A stretch of 64,000 bases of DNA from a virus. This document shows positions 47,074 to 55,020 of this stretch, piece after piece (the stretch's first letter is position 1; each line of letters begins with the position of its first letter). Where the stretch lies: IMG/VR virus record IMGVR_UViG_3300045988_058566, positions 122,600 to 186,599 of that record, one strand, 5' to 3'. A program made the translations under genes and the position numbers. The notes below the pieces were generated by a model. The model was not told the origin of the DNA. It did no database searches and saw only the letters and a list, made by a program, of their open reading frames with translations.

Positions 47074-47750
47074 ACTAAAAACACCTGAGCAAGTGTATAA
47101 ACTGCTGTGTTTAATCTAAAAAATCTGGCTAGGATATATCTAGCTATAGGTTGCCGTACTACAGTCGGAAAGTAATACAGGGTATTGTGTAAAACCTGTT
47201 CCTATTTAATATGTTTTAAATTAAGTTAAAAAATCATCCTAATATATAGCTAAATAGTAGAACGGGTGTTTATCCTTTTATAGGTTTGTGCAGGAAGTAT
47301 TTAGCGCGTCGTAACACATTGAAAGTATTACTGGTAGAACTAAAGTATTAAAAGACTTTAGAAGTAAGAAAGCGTAAAGACAGTTAGTAGAGGGGATAGT
47401 AAGTGTTGAAGGACTCTACAAAAGCGAGGAGATTGCTTTAATATCTCTTCTCGTGCATGGGATAGAACGTGTACTAAGTTAGAGCATGATAGACTATAAA
47501 GCTCATTTTTTAAATTATTTACAGATGTATTTGCCACAGATATATTCTTTCGATGTCTATATAAGAAAGAACAAAATATATCTGGTTACACGGCTTAGTA
47601 AACTTGATAGACTACCTAACTAGGGTAAAAACTAATTCGTCATCCAGAAGACGTTAAAAATCATACTGATGAGGCTGGACGAAATAGTTAATAACAGTTG
47701 TACGTTATTAACTATCTATGAACAATTAAATAAGTAATTTAAAATTTGAT

Positions 47751-47903
47751 ATGGAAAATTTGGATAAAGCATTTATGCCTGGTTACATAACTACCTCTTT
47801 GAATGGTAAAGTTATCGAGGTAGCCAAAGCTGAAGTAACTGAGGCTGAACAGAATATGGTTGGTAATTACCACAAAACTGTTCTTAGAACATGTAAAAAA
47901 TAA
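47751..47903 (+). CDS. small hypothetical protein (50 aa)
   Basis: Hand-read ATG..TAA: MENLDKAFMPGYITTSLNGKVIEVAK... Confidence 0.4.
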   Translation: MENLDKAFMPGYITTSLNGKVIEVAKAEVTEAEQNMVGNYHKTVLRTCKK

Positions 47904-47931
47904 TATTAAATAACTCTTTAACAAATGAATT

Positions 47932-48324
47932 ATGACGTTTCAGATTATTAACACAACAACAAAACAGCCAATTAATTTGGCAGAGTTTGACAGTAAATAT
48001 TGTACATTTACTGGTATTCCCGAACTTATTAATGAGTTTGCTGAGTGGTTTCCCTGGTTGGAAAGTGTATTTAACACCTACGCAGACATTGCAGATAATA
48101 CTAAGGGTTCTTTAATATATAGACAAGTGGTACATAACCACAGCAATCGTATGATAACTTGTGATCAGGTAGTACAGTGTCTCATTATATGTGAAGGTAA
48201 ATTAGTATTACCTACCGATGATTTTGAGTCTCTTAACTATGAACTTGAACAGGTAAAAAGGCTTATTAAGTTCTTCTTATCAGAGGGTATTCGTAAAAAG
48301 TACTATTTTGAGTTTCATTATTAA
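47932..48324 (+). CDS. hypothetical early protein
   Basis: Intact 130-aa ORF preceded by TAACTCTTTAAC. Confidence 0.55.
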   Translation: MTFQIINTTTKQPINLAEFDSKYCTFTGIPELINEFAEWFPWLESVFNTYADIADNTKGSLIYRQVVHNHSNRMITCDQVVQCLIICEGKLVLPTDDFESLNYELEQVKRLIKFFLSEGIRKKYYFEFHY

Positions 48325-48333
48325 CACATTAAC
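48322..48333 (+). promoter_or_regulatory. TAACACATTAAC motif
   Basis: 9 nt before ATG 48343. Confidence 0.45.
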
Positions 48334-48342
48334 AACAAAATT

Positions 48343-48543
48343 ATGAACAAGGTGAATAAAATAACAGCACTTATTATGTTAGTATTAGTAAGTGCAATAG
48401 TTGTATTGTCAATTAATTTAGTTAATTGTCATACAGCTAACAAGCAGCTGAGAAAAGTTGTATCTATGCAGGCTAATCAGTTGGACGAAATGGATTCAGT
48501 ACTTTATAATTCTAATGTTATGAATGTAGGATTCGTTAAGTAA
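48343..48543 (+). CDS. small membrane-anchored protein
   Basis: Intact 66-aa ORF with an N-terminal hydrophobic helix; preceded by TAACACATTAAC. Confidence 0.5.
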   Translation: MNKVNKITALIMLVLVSAIVVLSINLVNCHTANKQLRKVVSMQANQLDEMDSVLYNSNVMNVGFVK

Positions 48544-48624
48544 CATATTCGCACATTTTTATTAAGACAAGCTCCTGAGCATGAGTTTAAACTGCTCACT
48601 TTTACTAATTACACACTTAACAAA

Positions 48625-48924
48625 ATGATTACAGGTAGTTCAACCCTTATTCAGGTATTCCAGTTGTACCAGAATAAGATAAAAGAAAAAGAACACAAGA
48701 ACTGGAGATTTAACGCTGCTAAGTATCATAACATAGCAGTGGCTAATAGAAAATCTCATAATTATGCGGTAAATCAGCTTATTAAAGAATCTGGTTTAGA
48801 GTATACTCCAGAGATATTTAAGTTGATGTCTCTCGTAATTAATGAGAAATTCTCGATTAGAAAGATGTCTATTGTTAAAGTAGATATTGCTCTATTTAAA
48901 TTAGCTAATAATGTATTAATTTAA
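48625..48924 (+). CDS. hypothetical early protein
   Basis: Intact 99-aa ORF. Confidence 0.5.
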   Translation: MITGSSTLIQVFQLYQNKIKEKEHKNWRFNAAKYHNIAVANRKSHNYAVNQLIKESGLEYTPEIFKLMSLVINEKFSIRKMSIVKVDIALFKLANNVLI

Positions 48925-48935
48925 ATTAATTAGTA

Positions 48936-49145
48936 ATGAAAAGATTTTATTTTTACTTTACAATATTCTATACCCTTATTTATGTGAGTGGCGTAGATTA
49001 CATTGCTCATATGTCACTCTTTGTGGCACTTTTTATGGGCTTTGGGGCATTCGCTCTCTGTGTTCTTTGTTCTACCTTTATGAACGAAGAACTGTTTAAG
49101 GAGTATACAGGTTGGAATTGGCTCAATAAATGGGCTAATTCCTAG
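48936..49145 (+). CDS. small membrane protein (TAG stop)
   Basis: Intact 69-aa ORF with two hydrophobic helices. Confidence 0.5.
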   Translation: MKRFYFYFTIFYTLIYVSGVDYIAHMSLFVALFMGFGAFALCVLCSTFMNEELFKEYTGWNWLNKWANS

Positions 49146-49357
49146 TTATTAACAATATAAATAGTAATAAAATGAAACAGTTTAAGAAAAGTCGTGAGCC
49201 TACTAAGTTTGAAACTAATGTAAGGATTTTGCCATAAAATTCAATGGTTTTAGTCTAATTAAGCGTAATTAGATGTGTTCAGGTATCAATTCACAATTAG
49301 ATAAATAAAGACAGACATAGTGTCTGTTTATAGATTCACAATTTTAGATTTACAACA

Positions 49358-49867
49358 ATGAAAAATGGAATTTTTTCTTGGACATCTGAGGGTGTCAAAG
49401 TGACTACCGAGACAGAGGTAGCTAACGGAGTGCAAAGAACTGAGATCATCTTGAACTCAAATGGCGATTACAAGCCACACGAATTTGATGACATTGAGTT
49501 GTTGCATCTGTTTAAGGACGACATTATCTATGCACTTAAAGAGCGTATAGATAAGTGTGAGCATGAGCTTGTTAACGCTAAGGAGCGTGGCGAGCGTAAG
49601 GAAGACTCTTGGGATTATAAAACCAAGGGCGATTGTGATGATACCTTTGAGTTGAAATCACATCAGGCTATGCTTGATGCTATTAAGTTAGCAGAAGAGG
49701 AGAAGTTTGATGAGTTTACAGCTCATATGTGGTGCCAGTTGGAGAAAGCACTTGCTTATGTTCCTAAGAAATGGCATCGTAAGCCATACACATTTGGTAC
49801 GTTGTTTGGCTTCGTAATGGAGAAGGCACAGTATGCTATGCATCTCCTCTATAACGAAAAGAAGTGA
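49358..49867 (+). CDS. hypothetical early protein
   Basis: Intact 169-aa ORF; higher GC. Confidence 0.6.
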   Translation: MKNGIFSWTSEGVKVTTETEVANGVQRTEIILNSNGDYKPHEFDDIELLHLFKDDIIYALKERIDKCEHELVNAKERGERKEDSWDYKTKGDCDDTFELKSHQAMLDAIKLAEEEKFDEFTAHMWCQLEKALAYVPKKWHRKPYTFGTLFGFVMEKAQYAMHLLYNEKK

Positions 49868-49965
49868 TTTTTTCTGTTAAGTTCCATAATCAATAGACCT
49901 AATTAGACTTTAATTATTTATATAGTTATTGTTTAGTTAGGTCTTTACTATTTAATTAGAAAGTT

Positions 49966-50193
49966 ATGGAACTTACTAATTATGGAACAATTATGAAAAT
50001 AACAGAAGCAGAGAAAATTGCAGAACAAGTAGAGACTATGTTAATGGGTGTAGATATTAAGCCAGATACAATGACTATCGAACCTAATATTGTAGTTTCT
50101 ATTCAGTATGGGGATAAGGGGGTGAATCAGTATGTAATATCTGATTTACAAGGAACTTGTGTAGTAGATGGACGTTCCCTTAATTGTAAGTAA
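49966..50193 (+). CDS. hypothetical early protein
   Basis: Intact 75-aa ORF. Confidence 0.45.
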   Translation: MELTNYGTIMKITEAEKIAEQVETMLMGVDIKPDTMTIEPNIVVSIQYGDKGVNQYVISDLQGTCVVDGRSLNCK

Positions 50194-50326
50194 ATACGAA
50201 TAAAGATAAAATAGGACTCTAGTACTATAGAGTATAAATAAATAGTTGACATCTTGGAAAGTAAATTGGTTAATCATAAGACAAGACTTATGTATTTTTT
50301 AGATAATTAATTAAATAGATAAGATT

Positions 50327-50725
50327 ATGGATTTTACAAAGAAAGTAAACGAATTTGGTTTATTCGGTAACGTATTGGTAGTTAACAATGACGTTATGGA
50401 GAGTGTCAGTGTTGTTAAGACTGACGAGGATGAGAAAGTCCTTATGGCAGCTGCTCACATTACTAGTGAAGCTATTAGAAATCAGGTTAACGACGGAAAG
50501 CTTTCCGCTTTTGAGGGTCTAATTACTGGTATTAATGCTACCGATTCAACAACCATTACCTTGGTTACTCCAGACCTCAAGGACATCAAGATCTTCACCG
50601 AGGCAGTAATTAAGACTGCTGAGGATGGCAATATGTGCCATATGAAGGATTATGTGCATGAGACTGGTAACAATATCCCTCAAGAAATCTGGGATTATAT
50701 CTATAAGTTAACTAACGACAAATAG
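50327..50725 (+). CDS. hypothetical early protein (TAG stop)
   Basis: Intact 132-aa ORF. Confidence 0.55.
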   Translation: MDFTKKVNEFGLFGNVLVVNNDVMESVSVVKTDEDEKVLMAAAHITSEAIRNQVNDGKLSAFEGLITGINATDSTTITLVTPDLKDIKIFTEAVIKTAEDGNMCHMKDYVHETGNNIPQEIWDYIYKLTNDK

Positions 50726-50881
50726 TTATGACACTATTGAATATAATTTGTGGAGCAATTCCTATTATTATTATTTTAGCATTAAGGAGTAAAGAATAAT
50801 GGAATTTCTTAGAATTGTTTGGGCTGTAGTATTTGGATTAATATTTGTAGCCATTATAGGTTCTGAAATGAGTAAGTAAGA

Positions 50882-51211
50882 ATGATTATCGACAAAGATA
50901 ATTTCAAATTACTAATTGAAGCTTTAGATTTCTGGGTTAAGGATAGTGTCCTTCCAGTAATTCCTAAGAATAGAATAAGTGTTAGAAAAACCAATACTTG
51001 GACTACTAGCTATTTATGCTGTACTAAGGAATGGAAGAAGAGATACAAAACTAACCCAGCTAAAGCTTTGTGCGAGTTAGTAATAGACCATTATAAATAT
51101 ATTTATATTAAGGACTATCCAATTATTGAGTTAGTTAATAATTATAAGTATCTTTACTATTGGTTAATAGGAAATGAGTATAAACAAAATAGAGAAGCAC
51201 CTCTATTGTAG
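50882..51211 (+). CDS. hypothetical early protein (TAG then TAA stop)
   Basis: Intact 109-aa ORF. Confidence 0.5.
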   Translation: MIIDKDNFKLLIEALDFWVKDSVLPVIPKNRISVRKTNTWTTSYLCCTKEWKKRYKTNPAKALCELVIDHYKYIYIKDYPIIELVNNYKYLYYWLIGNEYKQNREAPLL

Positions 51212-51225
51212 TAATTAATTAGATT

Positions 51226-51678
51226 ATGGTAATAACAGGAATAGTATTAGTAGCACTAATTATATTTATTATAGTTGGGGTTACTGCGAAGAAAAATCAA
51301 GAGAAAAAGGATGAGATTAATAAATTAGAACATCAAATTTGCCAACTAAATAAGTTCAAAGGTGAATTGATGTCTCATCACACTCTTGAAGACACTTTTA
51401 AGGTTCATAGACAGTTAGGAGCAATGCATTTAGCATGGAATCATGCAATATGCCCTGATAAGTATGGAATGTTCAGGACATCTAACATTGCGACTATGTC
51501 TATGGATGAAGTATTTCTTGGTGATATTTATGGGTTATGGACACACTCTCTTTCATTTTGGTTATCCTATCAAGATGAAGATGCAGTTTCTGAAATAACT
51601 AATCAATATTATCATCAAGTGCTCAGTGGTATTGAAGCTGAGATAGAGGAATTGGTGAAGAAAATTCATTCCATATAA
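51226..51678 (+). CDS. membrane-anchored hypothetical protein
   Basis: Intact 150-aa ORF with an N-terminal transmembrane helix. Confidence 0.55.
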   Translation: MVITGIVLVALIIFIIVGVTAKKNQEKKDEINKLEHQICQLNKFKGELMSHHTLEDTFKVHRQLGAMHLAWNHAICPDKYGMFRTSNIATMSMDEVFLGDIYGLWTHSLSFWLSYQDEDAVSEITNQYYHQVLSGIEAEIEELVKKIHSI

Positions 51679-51818
51679 TTCATCCATACCTAAGACAAGA
51701 ATTGGTAAGTTTTTAAGTGTTGATTATAAATTAACATTTATTAACTACCAATTCTAAATAACTGACTATATAGTTAGTTCACTTGGCAAGGTTGATGAAA
51801 GAATGCTAATTATCAGCA

Positions 51819-51892
51819 GCTCCCATAGCTCAATTGAATAGAGCAACAGCCTTCTAAGCTGTGGGTTTCCAGTTTGAATCTGGATGGGAGCA
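51819..51892 (+). tRNA. tRNA-Arg (TCT)
   Basis: gctccca ta gctc aattgaata gagc a acagc CT-TCT-AA gctgt gggtt tccag tttgaat ctgga tgggagc a; all stems pair. Confidence 0.9.
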
Positions 51893-51975
51893 CAACTACA
51901 AGTTACAACAAAGATATTTAAAATATTTTCAAGTTGTAATAATTGTGAATTAAAATAGGTCGACAAAATATTGTT

Positions 51976-52004
51976 CTACAATGGTTTGTGATAAATAGTT
52001 GTAG
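51976..52004 (+). repeat. conserved-loop hairpin, copy a
   Basis: Stem ctacaa/ttgtag, loop tggtttgtgataaatag. Confidence 0.7.
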
Positions 52005-52584
52005 GTTTCTTCAAAGATAAGTTTAGTGGATAACTAGAGTATTACTTAGGATGTACTATTTAATATATCTAGCACTCAAAGTCCACTAAACTTTCTTACT
52101 TAAATTGATATTTATGTTAGTTATATTGACACTCTCCTCCCAGAGGAAGTATGGGGCACTATCTGTCTAATCTATCAGCTGTAAAAGGTGATTAGAAGAG
52201 ATGTTTAGTTTCAAAATATTGCGCAAGCTTACTTAGGTAAGATTAATATGAAATAACTGTTAGTTAAGATAGCTAATTGATTAACAGCCTGTAATCAATA
52301 TAACCCTTTAAATATAGTGATAGAAACAGAGGTTCGAATCCTCTAATTATTTATAGTTAAGATAGCTAATTAATTATAAAGATTTCGTCCAAACTGGGAA
52401 GTAACAGGAGAAAAATGATTCTCTTAGTGCCTCACGTATGTAGAGTTTCTACAATCACCAGCCATGATGTGAGAAGACGCTATCACTTTAATTTGAATTC
52501 ATTTTATAATCATATTTTGTTAGTGTGTTATGCCTATCTGGGCAAAGTTCTTACCACTATTCTACTTATAGAAATGTGGGCTAT

Positions 52585-52657
52585 GGAGATATAGCTTAGA
52601 AGGTCAGAGCGCGGGACTGAAAATCCCGAGATTGTGGTTCGATTCCACGTATCTCCA
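52585..52657 (+). tRNA. tRNA-Phe (GAA)
   Basis: ggagata ta gctt..gagc g cggga CT-GAA-AA tcccg ... tgtgg ttcgatt ccacg tatctcc a. Confidence 0.9.
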
Positions 52658-52661
52658 CTAT

Positions 52662-52751
52662 ATACGGATGCCTGAGTGGTCGAAAGGATAGGTCTCCAAA
52701 ACCTATAGAGACGAAAGTTGAACAACGTGGGTTCGAATCCTACTCCGTGTG
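52662..52751 (+). tRNA. class II (long variable arm) tRNA with anticodon CCA, Ser-like body
   Basis: atacgga tg cct gagtggtcgaa agg a taggt CT-CCA-AA accta [21-nt variable region] gtggg ttcgaat cctac tccgtgt g. The D-loop is identical to that of the phage tRNA-Ser(GCT); discriminator G. Confidence 0.7.
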
Positions 52752-52768
52752 CAAATTAATTATAATTA

Positions 52769-52854
52769 GTTCCCTTAGCTCAGTTGGTTCCGCAAGGCTA
52801 GAGAGCATCGGACTTTTAATCCGAGGGTCATGGGTTCGAACCCCATAGGGAACA
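52769..52854 (+). tRNA. tRNA-Lys (TTT) with a 21-nt D-loop
   Basis: gttccct ta gctc [agttggttccgcaaggctaga] gagc a tcgga CT-TTT-AA tccga gggtc atggg ttcgaac cccat agggaac a; otherwise canonical. Confidence 0.75.
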
Positions 52855-52889
52855 CCTCATGTTATTCAAAGGTTAAAGAAACATTATAA

Positions 52890-52918
52890 CTCTACTGGTT
52901 TGTGATAAATAGGTAGAG
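52890..52918 (+). repeat. conserved-loop hairpin, copy b (ends 4 nt before tRNA-Asn)
   Basis: Stem ctctac/gtagag, loop tggtttgtgataaatag. Confidence 0.7.
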
Positions 52919-52922
52919 ATTT

Positions 52923-52997
52923 GTACCCTTAGTTCAGTTGGTCTAGAACGCAAAACTGTTAATTTTGATGTCGCAGGTTCGAATCCTGCAGGGTGCG
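52923..52997 (+). tRNA. tRNA-Asn (GTT)
   Basis: gtaccct ta gttc agttggtcta gaac g caaaa CT-GTT-AA ttttg atgtc gcagg ttcgaat cctgc agggtgc g. Confidence 0.9.
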
Positions 52998-53030
52998 CAA
53001 ATATTATTATTTTTAAATTTATTAATTTTG

Positions 53031-53060
53031 AGATTCTTGGTCTGTGAAGATAGAGAATCT
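53031..53060 (+). repeat. conserved-loop hairpin, copy c (ends 4 nt before tRNA-Glu)
   Basis: Stem agattct/agaatct, loop tggtctgtgaagatag. Confidence 0.7.
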
Positions 53061-53064
53061 ACTT

Positions 53065-53137
53065 GGCACTATCGTCTACCTGGTTAGGACGCCACTCTTT
53101 CAAGGTGGAAAAACGAGTCTGAGTCTCGTTAGTGCTG
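53065..53137 (+). tRNA. tRNA-Glu (TTC)
   Basis: ggcacta tc gtc tacctggttag gac g ccact CT-TTC-AA ggtgg aaaa acgag tctgagt ctcgt tagtgct g. Confidence 0.85.
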
Positions 53138-53222
53138 CTCATTCATAAAAATTGTATAATTAAAGTTATTTTAAGGTTATTCATAATCAGCGGATTATGT
53201 AAAATCGTTAAAGAGTTGGAAA

Positions 53223-53250
53223 GGCTTCTGGTCTGTGAAGATAGGAAGTC
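53223..53250 (+). repeat. conserved-loop hairpin, copy d (ends 5 nt before tRNA-His)
   Basis: Stem ggcttc/gaagtc, loop tggtctgtgaagatag. Confidence 0.7.
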
Positions 53251-53255
53251 ATTAT

Positions 53256-53328
53256 GGTCCGTCTAGTGTAACTGGTAACACGGTAGTTTGTGAGACTACA
53301 ATACAGGGTTCGAATCCCTAGCGTGACC
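53256..53328 (+). tRNA. tRNA-His (GTG) with G-1:C73 but three acceptor-stem mismatches
   Basis: g gtccgtc ta gtgt aactggta acac g gtagt TT-GTG-AG actac ... aggg ttcgaat ccct a gcgtgac c; positions 4-6 (cgt) face cgt. Confidence 0.6.
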
Positions 53329-53333
53329 CTATT

Positions 53334-53421
53334 GGAGAAATGACTGAGTGGTCGAAAGTGGCACCCTGCTAAGGTGCTAGTCATGTTATGTGGCTCGAAG
53401 GTTCGAATCCTTCTTTCTCCG
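53334..53421 (+). tRNA. tRNA-Ser (GCT)
   Basis: ggagaaa tg act gagtggtcgaa agt g gcacc CT-GCT-AA ggtgc [19-nt variable arm] gaagg ttcgaat ccttc tttctcc g. Confidence 0.9.
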
Positions 53422-53455
53422 CAACATTTATGACAAATTGTGAACTTGTAGTTGG

Positions 53456-53483
53456 AAAATATGGTTCGTGAGAATAGTATTTT
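53456..53483 (+). repeat. conserved-loop hairpin, copy e (ends 2 nt before tRNA-Gln)
   Basis: Stem aaaata/tatttt, loop tggttcgtgagaatag. Confidence 0.65.
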
Positions 53484-53485
53484 AT

Positions 53486-53556
53486 TGGACTATGGTGTAA
53501 CGGTAGCACCACAGATTTTGGTTCTGTTAGTCCCAGTTCGAATCTGGGTAGTCCAA
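53486..53556 (+). tRNA. tRNA-Gln (TTG)
   Basis: tggacta tg gtgt aacggta gcac c acaga TT-TTG-GT tctgt tagt cccag ttcgaat ctggg tagtcca a. Confidence 0.9.
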
Positions 53557-53561
53557 CAATC

Positions 53562-53662
53562 ACAGGCGACTTACGGTGAGGGAACCGTCATCTACGAGGG
53601 GTTAGATTGGTGAATAGCTCGTACGGGAATAAGCCTAAGGAGTTCGAATCTCTAAGCCTGAC
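53562..53662 (+). ncRNA. tRNA-like element (T-arm and partial acceptor, non-canonical core)
   Basis: ggag ttcgaat ctct T-arm; acceptor caggc/gcctg; D-like acgg tgagggaa ccgt; central 6-bp stem tacgag/ctcgta enclosing a 19-nt loop. Confidence 0.3.
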
Positions 53663-53824
53663 AATTTTAATAGGTACTAAACAGCTCTCAGTAACTCTAT
53701 TAAATAGCGTAATTACCTTAAAATTAATCATTTGGGTTAAAAAGAGAAAGAACGTTAGATAGCTGAGGACAATGGAATAGTTTAAATATAACCAGTGAAA
53801 ATCGCTATTATTTAAATAGATTAT

Positions 53825-53836
53825 TAACACATTAAT
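53825..53836 (+). promoter_or_regulatory. TAACACATTAAT motif
   Basis: 5 nt before ATG 53842. Confidence 0.45.
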
Positions 53837-53841
53837 AGATT

Positions 53842-54231
53842 ATGAATAGACAAGAACATTTTATTAAAAAGGCTAATTTATTGGCACAAATAGATAGTGC
53901 TGAGAAGTTAGGTTGCAAGAATGTACTTAAATGTGCACGAGCAGAGTTAGCTAAATTGGAGAAGAAATTTTGGGATGAACATTTTTCTAATCCATTATTT
54001 AGTTATATGGTAACTAGAGAAGAGACAGATAAACTCATAGAAGATGAGGTAAATCCTACTTTTCAGATACGTGTAACTTTTAAGAGCGGTGAAGTATATG
54101 ACTTAATGTTTTATCACGAAATTGCTCCAGGTGTTAAACATTCTGCCATTGAAAAATGGGCAGTAAAAGGATTGGCTAAGACTATTCATCACCCTGAGAA
54201 TATCGTGAGTGCTCATTTTATTATGGGTTAA
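53842..54231 (+). CDS. hypothetical early protein
   Basis: Intact 129-aa ORF preceded by TAACACATTAAT. Confidence 0.55.
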   Translation: MNRQEHFIKKANLLAQIDSAEKLGCKNVLKCARAELAKLEKKFWDEHFSNPLFSYMVTREETDKLIEDEVNPTFQIRVTFKSGEVYDLMFYHEIAPGVKHSAIEKWAVKGLAKTIHHPENIVSAHFIMG

Positions 54232-54243
54232 CTAAATAGGCAT

Positions 54244-54423
54244 ATGAATAGACAAGAGTATAATTTGAAGATTCTTGATATAATTAGGGCAAAGGCTCAA
54301 GAATATCCTGATATGAGATTTCATCAATTACTATGGGCATTTGGTGCAACTATTGAAGGAGAGCAATTTTATGAAGAATCTGAAGTGACATTTAATAGAC
54401 TTTTAGAAACATTACATAAATAA
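54244..54423 (+). CDS. small hypothetical protein (59 aa)
   Basis: Hand-read MNRQEYNLKILDIIRAKAQEYPDMRFHQLLWAFG...; TAATG overlap with the next gene. Shares the MNRQE start with the preceding gene. Confidence 0.45.
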   Translation: MNRQEYNLKILDIIRAKAQEYPDMRFHQLLWAFGATIEGEQFYEESEVTFNRLLETLHK

Positions 54424-54782
54424 TGGAGATAAAGACAATACAGATTGATACTGACACATTTCTTGTATTTAAAGGTATTGAGTACAGACAAATAAATATA
54501 GAAGATATAGTTAGTTTAGAGGCACTGAATAAATATGTCCTAATAGTAACTAAAGATTGCAGGAAATTTGTTATTGGTTGCTCTTTAACTGCTATCCTTA
54601 AGAAATTGTGTATAGAATATATAATAGTAACTAAAGGTTTCTTAATTAATAAAAAGTATTTACTTGAATTAACTAAAGAAGTGAGCAATAAGGATAAGTA
54701 TAATTTAGTACTCAATGATTCTGAGCATACTACTAAAGAAGTATCCTCATATATTGCAAAGAATATTTTAGAACAATTATAA
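54423..54782 (+). CDS. hypothetical early protein
   Basis: Intact 119-aa ORF. Confidence 0.5.
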   Translation: MEIKTIQIDTDTFLVFKGIEYRQINIEDIVSLEALNKYVLIVTKDCRKFVIGCSLTAILKKLCIEYIIVTKGFLINKKYLLELTKEVSNKDKYNLVLNDSEHTTKEVSSYIAKNILEQL

Positions 54783-54936
54783 TATTGAACTGATTTATTT
54801 AAATGGTTATACAATAGAGACTACATGTTGGTTTTTACCAAAATATTGTTGGCAACTAGCAGATAATTAGTTGCTCCTTTTTGTCTAAAGGTTGGCAGTA
54901 TATTCCACCAGACGTTAAAGACTAAAACTGCCAAAT

Positions 54937-55020
54937 GGCTCAGTATCCGAATTGGTATAGGAGATGGTCTTAAACACCATTGGACATTTGTCCGTACGGG
55001 TTCGAGTCCCGTCTGAGCTA
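54937..55020 (+). tRNA. tRNA-Leu (TAA)
   Basis: ggctcag ta tcc gaattggtata gga g atggt CT-TAA-AC accat t-ggac-attt-gtcc-gt acggg ttcgagt cccgt ctgagct a. Confidence 0.9.

Noticed and set aside
54392-54814. Minus-strand 140-aa ORF
   Set aside because: It is antisense to the better-supported plus gene 54423..54782, which is TAATG-coupled to its upstream neighbour. Its composition is typical of an AT-rich shadow ORF.
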